Notes: generated by a model from the sequence alone, not told the origin. A DNA stretch of 64,000 nt from Planctomycetota bacterium (GCA_965223845.1 CBDCXR010000004.1:6208001-6272000); one strand, 5' to 3'. Shown: positions 44,967 through 54,763, numbered from the stretch's first letter. Numbers and translations are program-made.

Positions 44967-46166
44967 ATGAATCCGTCCCTTCGTTTGCTGTCTCCGGTCG
45001 GTGCTGTGGGGTTGGCGGTCGCTGCGCTCTCGCTGTCGACGCCTGCGTTCGGGGTCGACCTCTTCTGGTCGGGGAGAGTGGACGACGGCGATCGCGAGGG
45101 CGTGTTCGTGCGAGATCTTTCCGGGGGCGGCGAGGATCGCGTCCTCGCCCACGTGGAAGGCCAAGTGGGCGCGATCGCGATCGACGAGCCGAAACGAACG
45201 CTCTACTGGACGACGCGAGATGGCGCGAGCCGCGAGAGCGAAATCTGGCGGGCGGACCTCGACGGCGATGGCGCGGAGCGATTCTGGACGTCGCCCGACG
45301 CCATCCCCGCGCTCGCGCTCGACTCCGTCCACGGTTTCTTGTACGCCGGCACGTCGGACGGCCTTCGGCGGTTCGATCTCGACACCGGCGAGATCGAACC
45401 GCTGAGCCGCGAGATTTGGACGGGCCAGGTCGCGGTCGATCCGGAGCGCGGAGCGCTCTTCTGGATCGCGCCCGCGCCGGTCGAGCCCGGTCGCTACGGA
45501 CCGCCGTCGGTCTGGCGATCGAATCTCTTCGGCGAGGACCCCGAGCTCGTCGTTCGCCCGCAGTCGCTCACGGGCGACCTCGGTCTCGCGCTCGACACTC
45601 GAGCGGGAAAGGTGTACTGGGCAGCCGTCGACTACGCCGAGTGTTCCTTGGTGGAACGCATCAGCCGCGCGAATTACGACGGCCGCGACGCGGAGGTCGT
45701 CTTCTGCGGCGGGCCGACGCTCGATGACTTTCCGAGCGAGATCGCAGTCGATCCGAACTCGAGCCGCGTCTTCTGGCAGAACTCCGAGATCACGCCGGTC
45801 TTCGCGGTCGATTTCGCCGGTGCGAGAAACGTCGAGGTATTCCGCGTCGGCTCGCTACGCTCGATGGTCGTCGGTCCTCCGGAGCCGGGTCTCGAGTTCC
45901 TCCGCGGAGACGCGAACGGAGACGGCGCGGTGCAGCTCGCCGACGCGCTGCGAATCCTCGGGTGGCTCTTTCAAGGGAGCGCGATCCCGCCCTGCCTCGC
46001 CGCCGCCGACTCGAACGCCGACGCGTCGATCAACCTGAGCGACGCCACGTTCGTTCTCTATCACCTTTTTCTCGGACGCGAAGCTCTGCCGCCGCCGTTT
46101 CCCGCGTGCGGCGGGTCGACGCGCGGTGGCGACGTCGAGCTCGGCTGCGCGGCGCCCGGCTGCTGA
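44967..46166 (+). CDS. Secreted YWTD/LDL-receptor-like beta-propeller with C-terminal dockerin-like domain
   Basis: IAIDEPKRTLYWT...IWRADLDG and LALDTRAGKVYWA...ISRANYDG repeats; FLRGDANGDG...ADSNADASINLSD tail. Confidence 0.85.
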   Translation: MNPSLRLLSPVGAVGLAVAALSLSTPAFGVDLFWSGRVDDGDREGVFVRDLSGGGEDRVLAHVEGQVGAIAIDEPKRTLYWTTRDGASRESEIWRADLDGDGAERFWTSPDAIPALALDSVHGFLYAGTSDGLRRFDLDTGEIEPLSREIWTGQVAVDPERGALFWIAPAPVEPGRYGPPSVWRSNLFGEDPELVVRPQSLTGDLGLALDTRAGKVYWAAVDYAECSLVERISRANYDGRDAEVVFCGGPTLDDFPSEIAVDPNSSRVFWQNSEITPVFAVDFAGARNVEVFRVGSLRSMVVGPPEPGLEFLRGDANGDGAVQLADALRILGWLFQGSAIPPCLAAADSNADASINLSDATFVLYHLFLGREALPPPFPACGGSTRGGDVELGCAAPGC

Positions 46167-46590
46167 GGACGAGTTTTCCCTGGCGGCTTTGCGCCGACCT
46201 CTGGTACCTTCCGCGGCGCCAGAGAGGAGCGGGCGGCCGCGAGATTTCGTTGCCGTCCGATGCGAAGTTCCACCTTGAGCGACGAGGCGTCGGCTCTCGG
46301 TCGGACCGAGCAGCTGGCGCCTCGGAAGGAAAGTGGCGACGGCCGCGATCGGGTGCGATAGATGTCCGTACCACTCGGGTACGGCGTCGACCGCGGCCGC
46401 GGTCGAGCAGCGGTCCGAGGCGGAAAAGAAGATCCGGCGCCGACGGTGTCTCCGACCTCGGTCGGGTGGCTGCCGGCGGCGCCTCGGTACGGCTCACGGC
46501 CTGGCGCCGTCGCCGCTCGCCGGTCGATCCGTCTGCGCTGTAGGCGCGACCGGAGAGTGAGTCGCCGCGAGGCCTTCGTGAGGAGGCTCC

Positions 46591-49500
46591 ATGCGAGCGA
46601 TTACGTTCTTTCTCGTCGTCTTCGTCTCGACGCTCAGCATTTTTCTCCTGACGACGGGCGAGGTGCAGCGCTGGTTCAACCCGTCGCCCGCGAAGACGCT
46701 GAAGAGTTTCGACGCGCCGGAGACGCCGCCCGACGAGAAGAATCTTCTCTACTTCCCGTTCTACAACACCGACCGCGGGGTCCTCGGTTTCACGATCGCG
46801 GCGGAGCTCAGCCAGACGAATATCGGCGCCGGCGAGAAGATCGACCAGATCCGTCAGCTCACCCTGCGGAACGGGACGCTCGAGATTCCGGTGGAAGGCG
46901 GTCTCGAGCTCGCCGGCGGCGAGGGCTCGGCGCCCGCGACGGGCGGGCACATCGCGCTTCGGTTCGAGACGGCGGAGTGGGAGCAGGAGCAGAAGGCTGA
47001 CGCCGGCGCCAAGCGCTCGAAAGAACCTGCGAGCGTCGTCCTTCACAACGGCCAGGGGCAGACCGCCGACGGCTATTCATTCGATTTCAAGAAGCTACTC
47101 TTTCACTACAGCGGCAGCGGAGTCGCCGAAAACGAGGTCTACGAAGTACGCTCTACAGAATCTGTAGCAATTCGTAGCGACGCTTTTGAGCTGCGCAGTC
47201 AAAATGGACTACGCGGACGACTGAGCAGCGATGGGAACGGACTCGATTCCCTCACCTTCGCACCGCCCGTCGTCGCCGCGCTCGATCCGGAGCGCGCGCC
47301 CTTCTTCGGTGCGAACATCGAGGCCGCCGCGCCGGACGGAGTTGCGGATCGGGCGAGCGGCCGCCGACTGTGGATCGTGAGCGACGGACCGCTCGAGTTT
47401 CGGATGGAGGAGGGGAAGACGCGGCGAACGCGGATTCGCTTCACGAAGAGCGTCGCTCTGTATCCCCTCGCGGCCGGGGCGACGCTCGAGCCGAGCCGGC
47501 GCCCGGCCGGCGGGACGCGATTCGAGTGCGGCGACCTCGAGCTTGTCTTTCGCCAAGACGGTCGGCGGATGGTGCCAGAGTCGGCGCTCGCCGTGCGCGA
47601 GAACGGCCGCGTCCGCTCGGTCTTCGCGCACGAAAGTGGCGAGGAGTACGTAGTCGAGGCCGATCAACTCGAGTGGCGCGGGGACAACCCTGAGAAAGAG
47701 ACTGCCGCGGGCGACGGGTCGAAGCGTGCGATCGCGGGGGAAGCGATCCTCTCCGGTCGACCGACGCTGCGGGGCGGCGGGAGCGATTTCGTCGCCAAGG
47801 ACGCACGGCTGCGCCTGAGCGAGGGCCGACTCACGCTGCGCGACGTGGAAGGCACGATGGCGCTCCCGAAGCGGCGGGGGAAGGAGGCCGAGTCGCCGCG
47901 AATCGCTCCGCTCGACGGCTCTCGGGCGACCGAAGAGACCCTCGCGCGGGCGCGGCTCCCAGATGAGTGGACCATGCGCGCCGAAGAGGCGACGTTCCGG
48001 TTCGCCGAGGGAGAGGACGGCGAGCGAGAGTTCTCGGAGTTCGTTGCGGTGTCGCCGCAGTCCGGGCTCGTCGAGGTGCTGAGCGCGGCGAGCGACGACC
48101 GTTCGATCTCTCTCAAGTCGGAGAAGATCCGCTACGACCGAGACGCGCGTGAGCTTCGGTTCGAGGGCGTTCGGCAGCCGGTCCTTTCGGACGGGAGGAA
48201 TACGATCGAAGCGGATCGCATCCGGCTCCTCCTCGAGAAGGATCGAGAGTTGGCTCTGTTCGAGGGGGCCGTGCGCGCGCAAATCGCCGACGTGAGCGAG
48301 CTGCCGGCGGGGGTGGATGCGAGTGCCGGGGCGCTCAAGGGTCGTCTCGGCGGGGGGCGCGGCTTCGAGTTGACTTCGAACGAGCTTCAGGTCGGGTTCG
48401 ATCCGGAGCTGAACGGGGTCGGCTACTTGCGGGCGAACGGTACGGCGCGCGTTCCGGCGCGCGTGATCGAGCTTCCCGAAGAGGGTGAGAAGGTTCCGGG
48501 GCTCGTGCTCGAGGGGGCTCAGCTCGAGCTCGACCAGCTCAAGCAGCGCGCGTCGGTGTGGGGCACGGTGAGTGAAGACGCGGGCGGCGCGTCTCGCCCG
48601 CGGCTCGCGGTTCTTCGCCGGGGGCGAGAGACGCTGCGCGCCGAGCAGATCACGTTCGCGGGCGAGACGGGGATCGTCAAGCTCGACCGGACCGTGAGTC
48701 TCCAGAGCGAACAGGATCGGGGCGAGCTGACGATCGAGATGGCGACGGCGGTCGTCGTGCTGCGGAAGAAGAACGGTTCCACCACCGAGCCCCCGAGCGA
48801 CGGTCAGGCCGCGAAATCCGGACCGCCGGACGGGGGGATCCTGTTCGAGGCGCTGCGAGACGTCGACACCATGACGGCCGAGGGAGACGTCGATCGCCCG
48901 ATCGTGATCACCGCGAAATCAGACGGCGGTCGCTCGATCGTCGCGCGCTCGCAGCGCGCCGAGTGGAGCGGGGACAAGCTCGAGCTGCGGCTCTTCGGTG
49001 ACGAGCGCCAGCAGATCGATCTCGCCGACGATCGCTTCGCCGGGCCGATTCACGCGCGGGAGATCGTCTACGAGGAGACGACGCGGCGGGTCGTGCTGCG
49101 GGGCGACGTCAAGGGCGAGCTGCGGCAGCGCCACGAGGCGAAGGAGAATCTCGAGCACGTCTGGACCTTTGCGACGACGCGGTTCGATCTCCACCTCGAG
49201 CGGGGGGAGAAGGGGCCGGAGCTCAAGTCCGCCCACGCTCGGGGCGACGTCCACCTCACCGACCGTCGGTTCGGGCTCCAGCTCCTCGGCGACGCGCTCG
49301 ACTTCGACGAGGCCACGCGCCGGGTGCGGATTTTTTCTCCGAACGGGCGGCCGCAGACGTTTTATCGGCTGGCCCCCACCGCCGAAGGCTCGGAGGCGAC
49401 GCGCGAGACTCCGGACAAGATCACGGCCCAGGAGATCGTTCTCCAGCCGCACGAAGATCCCGACGCGCGCTTCGGCCAGCCGAGCCACTGGCTGCTCGTC

Positions 49501-49896
49501 CGCTTCCGCAACGACGTGAAGGCCGTGTTCCACCCGCCGCCTTCCGTCGCCCGCCGCACTCGCGGAAAGTCGCGCGGTCGGCGGTTTCCCCTCCCCGACG
49601 AAGCGTGGAAGCTCGACACGGACGAGATCGTCCTCTACGTCGATCCGTCCCAGGGCTGGGGCCCGAAGTCGGTGCCGTGGGCGATCTGTGAGGGGAGCGT
49701 CGTCTTCCAGTCCGGGGACTACACCGGAACCGCAGCGAGCGCGCGGTACGAGGAGGGGCTTCAGAAGCTGACGCTGCGCGGCCGTCCCGTCCGCCTCACA
49801 GTCGCGGCGGAGACGTTCGAGGGGCGTTCGATCACGGTGCGCCGGGAGAGCGACCACGTTCTCATCGAGGTCGAGGACGACGGGCGAAACCGCTGA
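46591..49896 (+). CDS. Large membrane-anchored beta-rich protein, LptA/OstA-like repeats
   Basis: AGGAGG RBS; N-terminal TM; repeated strand units such as LKSEKIRYDRDARELRFEG, LRAEQITFAGETGIVKL, IHAREIVYEETTRRVVLRGDV and GTAASARYEEGLQKLTLRG. Confidence 0.6.
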   Translation: MRAITFFLVVFVSTLSIFLLTTGEVQRWFNPSPAKTLKSFDAPETPPDEKNLLYFPFYNTDRGVLGFTIAAELSQTNIGAGEKIDQIRQLTLRNGTLEIPVEGGLELAGGEGSAPATGGHIALRFETAEWEQEQKADAGAKRSKEPASVVLHNGQGQTADGYSFDFKKLLFHYSGSGVAENEVYEVRSTESVAIRSDAFELRSQNGLRGRLSSDGNGLDSLTFAPPVVAALDPERAPFFGANIEAAAPDGVADRASGRRLWIVSDGPLEFRMEEGKTRRTRIRFTKSVALYPLAAGATLEPSRRPAGGTRFECGDLELVFRQDGRRMVPESALAVRENGRVRSVFAHESGEEYVVEADQLEWRGDNPEKETAAGDGSKRAIAGEAILSGRPTLRGGGSDFVAKDARLRLSEGRLTLRDVEGTMALPKRRGKEAESPRIAPLDGSRATEETLARARLPDEWTMRAEEATFRFAEGEDGEREFSEFVAVSPQSGLVEVLSAASDDRSISLKSEKIRYDRDARELRFEGVRQPVLSDGRNTIEADRIRLLLEKDRELALFEGAVRAQIADVSELPAGVDASAGALKGRLGGGRGFELTSNELQVGFDPELNGVGYLRANGTARVPARVIELPEEGEKVPGLVLEGAQLELDQLKQRASVWGTVSEDAGGASRPRLAVLRRGRETLRAEQITFAGETGIVKLDRTVSLQSEQDRGELTIEMATAVVVLRKKNGSTTEPPSDGQAAKSGPPDGGILFEALRDVDTMTAEGDVDRPIVITAKSDGGRSIVARSQRAEWSGDKLELRLFGDERQQIDLADDRFAGPIHAREIVYEETTRRVVLRGDVKGELRQRHEAKENLEHVWTFATTRFDLHLERGEKGPELKSAHARGDVHLTDRRFGLQLLGDALDFDEATRRVRIFSPNGRPQTFYRLAPTAEGSEATRETPDKITAQEIVLQPHEDPDARFGQPSHWLLVRFRNDVKAVFHPPPSVARRTRGKSRGRRFPLPDEAWKLDTDEIVLYVDPSQGWGPKSVPWAICEGSVVFQSGDYTGTAASARYEEGLQKLTLRGRPVRLTVAAETFEGRSITVRRESDHVLIEVEDDGRNR

Positions 49897-49992
49897 GCGG
49901 GTAGAATTCGGCCTACGTTTTCCGCGCTGGGGTGACGCGGCCGCGGATCTCGTGTGAGAATCTCCTCGTCCTGCCGAAGATGGTGAGGATGG

Positions 49993-50754
49993 ATGAACCT
50001 CCCGATCCCGACCCGCCCGCCCGGCGCCTCACGGCAGCCGATCCCCGTGAAAGGACCCTCGATGCTCCCCCTCCCGCGAGCCGCTGACTCGAGCGGCGCG
50101 TCCGCCGCCCCGTCGTGCCGTCCGTCCGTCTTCCTGCACCGTTCGATTTGCTCGGCGGCGTTCGTCCTCGTTTCGCTCGCCGCCGGCTGCAGCTCCCCCA
50201 CCCCGGCGCTCTTCAACCGCGGCGACGGGCTGCGCGAAAAGACCGTGCTGATCGTGCCGTTCAGCGAGCTGACGCAAAACCGCTGGTACGGCGAGTCCGG
50301 CCGCGGGGTGTTCCTCGCCGGTGCGCTCAGAGGCTGGGTCGCACGCGAGTGGGAGGCGGGCTTCGCCGACTCGCAGGACGAGGACATGATCATCGATCGC
50401 GTCCGCGATTGGCCCCGCGAAACGATCAGCTCCGCGGAGTGGCGGTCGCTCGTCCGAAAGACGAACGTCGAGTACGTCGTCGTCGGCGATCTGAAGTCGG
50501 TTCGGCTCAAGAGCACGCACCGGATCAATCTCCTCGACGCCGAAGCCACCGTGCGCTACCGCGTGATCGACGCGGTCCGCGGGAAGGAGGTCTTCGTTCA
50601 GCGGAACAAATCGGTCACGCTCGGCGGCCGAACGGACGAGATCGATATCCCGATTCTCGAGATGGGGTCAGACGAGAAGAAGGTGGAGATGCGACTTCTC
50701 GCGACGACGGCGAAGCAGATCGGGAAGGAATTGTATGGATACCACCGCGATTGA
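49993..50754 (+). CDS. Putative lipoprotein (alpha/beta fold, LptE/CsgG-like topology)
   Basis: LAAGC lipobox; VLIVPF...VEYVVVGDL...ATVRYRVID; start uncertain. Confidence 0.65.
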   Translation: MNLPIPTRPPGASRQPIPVKGPSMLPLPRAADSSGASAAPSCRPSVFLHRSICSAAFVLVSLAAGCSSPTPALFNRGDGLREKTVLIVPFSELTQNRWYGESGRGVFLAGALRGWVAREWEAGFADSQDEDMIIDRVRDWPRETISSAEWRSLVRKTNVEYVVVGDLKSVRLKSTHRINLLDAEATVRYRVIDAVRGKEVFVQRNKSVTLGGRTDEIDIPILEMGSDEKKVEMRLLATTAKQIGKELYGYHRD

Positions 50755-51087
50755 GCGTAGAATTTCGGACGGGTCCGTACGTTTCCGAGGGTGATTCCGA
50801 TCGCCTTCGAGCCGCCGTGAGTTCGCTCCGAGGACCTCACGTGCGCCGATCGGGCCGAGCTACTTTCGAGTGAGAGATCGCGGGGCAGATCGAAGCTTCG
50901 ATCGGGCGTCATTCGCGCAACTGGTTGCTATATAAGGCTTTAGGTCCGCGCGGGACGACAGAGATCTCTCCCCCCTCTGGTCGGAGGGTGCCGGGCGGCT
51001 AGGAGCCGGCGGCTCCCTCTCGCGTTGACCGGACGGGAGCTTGTCCATGCGAACGCGTCTGCGTTCTCTCAATTCTCGAGTGCAGCC

Positions 51088-51387
51088 ATGCTCACTGTCT
51101 CCAGCCTAGCTGTCGTCGATTCGTGGATTTCGGGATTCTTCGTGGCGTGGGCCCCCGGCCCACTCGAGCTCGTCATTATCGGGATTGTCGGCTTGCTGAT
51201 CTTCGGCAAGCGTCTGCCCGAGATCGCCCGCAATCTCGGGCGAGGTGTCGTCGAGTTCAAGAAGGGGATCCGAAACGTCGAGGACGACATCGATACCGCC
51301 GGCGAGTATCAGCCTCCTTCCCCGCCGAAGCAGGTCGGCGACGGAAGCCGGCGGGACGACGAAGTCGGCGCGGCCCGAAACGACTGA
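51088..51387 (+). CDS. tatA: Twin-arginine translocase subunit TatA/E
   Basis: GPLELVIIGIVGLLIFGKRLPEIARNLGRGVVEFKKGI. Confidence 0.92.
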   Translation: MLTVSSLAVVDSWISGFFVAWAPGPLELVIIGIVGLLIFGKRLPEIARNLGRGVVEFKKGIRNVEDDIDTAGEYQPPSPPKQVGDGSRRDDEVGAARND

Positions 51388-51397
51388 CCGAGTCGTC

Positions 51398-52120
51398 TCA
51401 GCGACCGTGACGAAGACGCTCGCCGAGGGCGAGCGGAAGTCCGGCTTTCTGGAACTTGTGTACCGCCGCGTCGATGTCGTACGGGAAGCGGCAGAGACGA
51501 ACGTGCGCCTGATCCGTGTCGAACAGTGCACAGGATGCCCGCGGGTCGCGATCGCGCGGTTGCCCCACGCTCCCGACGTTCACGATCGTCTGATCCGCTG
51601 CGCGTAGCGAGATCTCCGTCTCCAGCGTGTACGAGATCACCTCGGTCTGAACGAAGGTCACCGGCACGTGAGAGTGGCCGATGAAGCAGACGGCGTTCTG
51701 CATATACGCCATCGAAAGCGACGCGTCGTACGTCGTCTGCACGTAATCGAAAAGCTCGGGCGAGCAGAGAGTTCCGTGCACGACGTCGAGCCCGTCCAGG
51801 TGGTGGACGAGCGGGAGGCTTCCCAGGTAGTTCACGTCGTCGCTCGAGAGCTTGTCGCGTGTCCAGATCGTCGCCTCGCGGGCCAGCGCGTTGAAGTTCG
51901 CGATGCTGAGCTTATCTGCGACGGCGAGGTCGTGATTCCCGGCGACCACGTAGCTCGAGATCTTGCGCACGCGGTTCAGGCATTCCGCCGGCTCGGGGCC
52001 GTAGCCAACGATGTCACCGAGGCAGATGAACTCGTCGACCCCTTCTCGTTCGAGGCCGGCGACAACGGCCTCGAGCGCATCGAGGTTGCCGTGAACGTCT
52101 GAAATGATGCCGTAGCGCAC
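51398..52120 (-). CDS. Metallophosphoesterase (calcineurin-like)
   Basis: GTG start; ISDVHGN, CLGDIVGYG, GNHD, HG, GHSHVP and NVGSVGQPRD motifs. Confidence 0.93.
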   Translation of the reverse strand: MRYGIISDVHGNLDALEAVVAGLEREGVDEFICLGDIVGYGPEPAECLNRVRKISSYVVAGNHDLAVADKLSIANFNALAREATIWTRDKLSSDDVNYLGSLPLVHHLDGLDVVHGTLCSPELFDYVQTTYDASLSMAYMQNAVCFIGHSHVPVTFVQTEVISYTLETEISLRAADQTIVNVGSVGQPRDRDPRASCALFDTDQAHVRLCRFPYDIDAAVHKFQKAGLPLALGERLRHGR

Positions 52121-52329
52121 CGTGCTGATCCTCTCGCGTCCGACTTCAGCTGGAGTCCTTTGGTCAGGAAAGTATAGGACACGACTTCGATCCGCGCCGG
52201 TTTCCGTGCCGAATCGATGGATTGATGCGGAGGCGAGCACGTAAGGCACTATCCTAAAGCGAGATAGGTGTCTTCCGCGAACGTCCCCCGCGTGCGCGCC
52301 GCCGAACTGAGTTCGCCGGCGCGATGCGA

Positions 52330-52902
52330 TGTTCCACGTGGAACATTTTGGGCCGCAGTCGGGCGTTTTCAGCTTCGTTCGAATCGCGTCAGTCAAACTC
52401 ATGCGTTTCTCCGGCAGAGGTTGACGCGCGAGCGGGGCCCCCAAATCCGTTCGACAGGATGTTCCACGTGGAACATCGGCCGATCCACGGCCGTCGGATG
52501 CGTTTCCAGGTTGGCTCAGTCGCGGGTGAGCGCCAAGCGCGCTCGTCCCCGGGTGGATTCAGATGTTCCACGTGGAACATTCCGTCTCCTGGGATCTTCG
52601 GGGCTCCGCGATCGGCGCCGCGGATGTTCCACGTGGAACATTCCTTCATCCGGGACCTCCCGGTGTCCCGCGATCAGCGCGATGCGATGTTCCACGTGGA
52701 ACATTCCTTCATCCGGGACCTCCCGGCGTCCCGCGATCAGCGCGAGGCGATGTTCCACGTGGAACATTCCTTCATCCGGGACCTCCCGGCGTCCCGCGAT
52801 CAGCGCGCCGCGGATGTTCCACGTGGAACATCTGAGGCGGGATCCACGATGTTCCACGTGGAACATCGTCCGCTGAGTAAGTTCGATGTTCCACGTGGAA
52901 CA
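52330..52902. promoter_or_regulatory. parS centromere-like array (9 perfect sites)
   Basis: TGTTCCACGTGGAACA at 52330, 52460, 52564, 52625, 52688, 52751, 52815, 52850 and 52887; matches the conserved chromosomal parS consensus and lies directly upstream of parA. Confidence 0.95.
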
Positions 52903-52995
52903 TCCAGGCCCGTGACCCGCCTTCCCGTTGAAACGCGATTCGAAGGCCCCTATGATCGCCGTCTGGATCCCCGGAAGTGGAGGAATGCGAGGATC

Positions 52996-53772
52996 TTGGT
53001 AGAGTGCATCACGATCGCAAGTCAGAAGGGCGGAGTGGGGAAGACCACCACCGCGGTGAATCTCGCCGCTAGCCTGGCGCTTGCTGAGCGACGGGTGCTC
53101 CTCGTGGATCTCGACCCGCAAGGAAACGCGGCGAGCGGGATAGGCCTCGCTGAGGGTGAAGTCCCGGATCGTGGGGGATTCGTGTCGGCGGCGCTTGCAG
53201 AGGAGGATCTCTCGCCGTTCGCCGTGGGGACCCGGTACGAAAACCTCTCGGGTTTGTGTTCCCCCGCTGAGTTGTCTCAACTCCCGCTGATCCACAGCTT
53301 GCAGCAGGAGGACGGGCTCGATCGGTTCCGAAAAAGCCTACGGGCGGTCGCCGAGCAGTTCGATTTCCTCCTCTTCGACTGCCCGCCGTCCCTCGCGGGG
53401 CTTCCGAGCGTGGCTCTGTCCTGCAGCGACAAGGTGCTGATCCCGGTGCAGTGCGAGTACTACGCGATGGAAGGGCTGAGTCAGATTTTGCCAATAATAC
53501 AGAAATTGCAGAAAACTACAAATCGGGATCTGCGCGTTGGGGGCCTACTCCTCACGATGTTTTGCGAGGAGCTCGAGCTCGCGCGCGAAGTCGCGGGCGA
53601 AGTACGCGGGTATTTTGCTGCCGAGGTGTTCGAGAGTGTGATCCCGCGGGACGTCGTTCTCGCCGAGGCGTCGAGTCACGGCGTCCCGGCGTTTCACTAC
53701 TCCCCGCTTGCACGGGGGACTTGGGCGTACTTGGAGTTGGCGCGAGAGGTACTCGATCATGGCCGGGCGTAA
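52996..53772 (+). CDS. parA: Chromosome partitioning ATPase ParA/Soj
   Basis: Deviant Walker A QKGGVGKTTT, LVDLDPQGN, DCPPSL, IPVQCEYYAMEGL; TTG 52996 start inferred. Confidence 0.95.
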   Translation: MVECITIASQKGGVGKTTTAVNLAASLALAERRVLLVDLDPQGNAASGIGLAEGEVPDRGGFVSAALAEEDLSPFAVGTRYENLSGLCSPAELSQLPLIHSLQQEDGLDRFRKSLRAVAEQFDFLLFDCPPSLAGLPSVALSCSDKVLIPVQCEYYAMEGLSQILPIIQKLQKTTNRDLRVGGLLLTMFCEELELAREVAGEVRGYFAAEVFESVIPRDVVLAEASSHGVPAFHYSPLARGTWAYLELAREVLDHGRA

Positions 53773-54763
53773 ATTGGGCCGGGGGCTCGACATGCTGATC
53801 CGAAAGCGCGAGGCGGATTCGGATCTCGAAGGCGGGACTCGGCTTCCGCCCGTCGCGGACGCGGAGCAGGAACCTTCGGCGCCGACGACGGAGCCCGTCG
53901 CCGAGCCGGAGCCGGAACCCGAGCCTGAGGCCCAAGCCGAGGACGATCCCGTCCTGCGCGTGGTTGCGGTCGATCCAGCGAGCGTCGATGCGAACCCCGA
54001 GCAGCCACGTAAAGTATTTGAGCGAGGTGAGTTAGATAACCTCAAGGCGTCGATCGGCCGCGACGGCTTGCTGCAGCCGATCCTCGTTCGCCGGCTCGGG
54101 ACGGGCCGCCTGCAACTCGTGGCGGGCGAGCGCCGTCTGCGGGCGGCGCAAGAGCTCGAGCTCGAGGAGATCCCCGCGATCGTCGCTGAGGTCACCGACG
54201 ATCGGCTGCTCGAAGTCGCGCTCATCGAAAACATTCAGCGCCAGGACCTGAACCCGATCGAGACGGCGGCTGCCTACCGCAATCTCATGCGGGCGAAGCG
54301 GTGGACGCAGGAGGAGCTCGCGCGCGCGCTCGGAGTCGGTCGACCGAGCGTCTCGAACACGCTTCGCCTTCTCGATCTCCCCGCGGAGATGCAAAAGGCG
54401 CTCGCCGCCGGGCACATCAACATGGGGCACGCGAAAGTGCTCCTCGCCGTTGAGGACGACGAGGATCGCCGCGAGCTCTTCGAGCGTATCGCCGAGGAAC
54501 GTCTCTCGGTCCGTCAGCTCGAGGACGCCCGCGAGGAGGCGATGGCCGCCCGTTCGGACGGGGAGTCCGGCGGGCGACCGGAACGGCCCCGCCGGCGTCG
54601 CGATCCAAAGATCGCCGCCCTCGAGGAGGAGCTCCGCGCGTCGCTCGGGACGAAAGTCGTAATTCAGGAAGGCGCGCGAAAGGGGCGGGGACGCGTCACC
54701 ATCGAATTCTATTCCGCTGACGATTTTGAGCGGATCCGAACGCGGTTGCTCGCGCGGAGTTGA
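53759..54763 (+). CDS. parB: Chromosome partitioning protein ParB/Spo0J
   Basis: N-terminal LGRGL, NPEQPRKVF, GERRLRA CTP-binding motif, ALIENIQRQDLNPIE, HTH. Confidence 0.96.
   Translation: MAGRKLGRGLDMLIRKREADSDLEGGTRLPPVADAEQEPSAPTTEPVAEPEPEPEPEAQAEDDPVLRVVAVDPASVDANPEQPRKVFERGELDNLKASIGRDGLLQPILVRRLGTGRLQLVAGERRLRAAQELELEEIPAIVAEVTDDRLLEVALIENIQRQDLNPIETAAAYRNLMRAKRWTQEELARALGVGRPSVSNTLRLLDLPAEMQKALAAGHINMGHAKVLLAVEDDEDRRELFERIAEERLSVRQLEDAREEAMAARSDGESGGRPERPRRRRDPKIAALEEELRASLGTKVVIQEGARKGRGRVTIEFYSADDFERIRTRLLARS

Noticed and set aside
46167-46590. Small ORFs or riboswitch upstream of the large beta-rich gene
   Set aside because: The ORFs are low-complexity Arg/Ala-rich and no known RNA motif was recognised.
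52330-52902. CRISPR array
   Set aside because: The repeat is only 16-19 bp and equals the parS consensus; spacers are irregular and partly identical; no cas genes; parAB is adjacent.
52268-53295. ORFs with MFHVEH/CSTWNI/DVPRGT repeats, including a 224-aa N-terminal extension of ParA
   Set aside because: These are translations of the parS palindrome; ParA homology starts near 52996.
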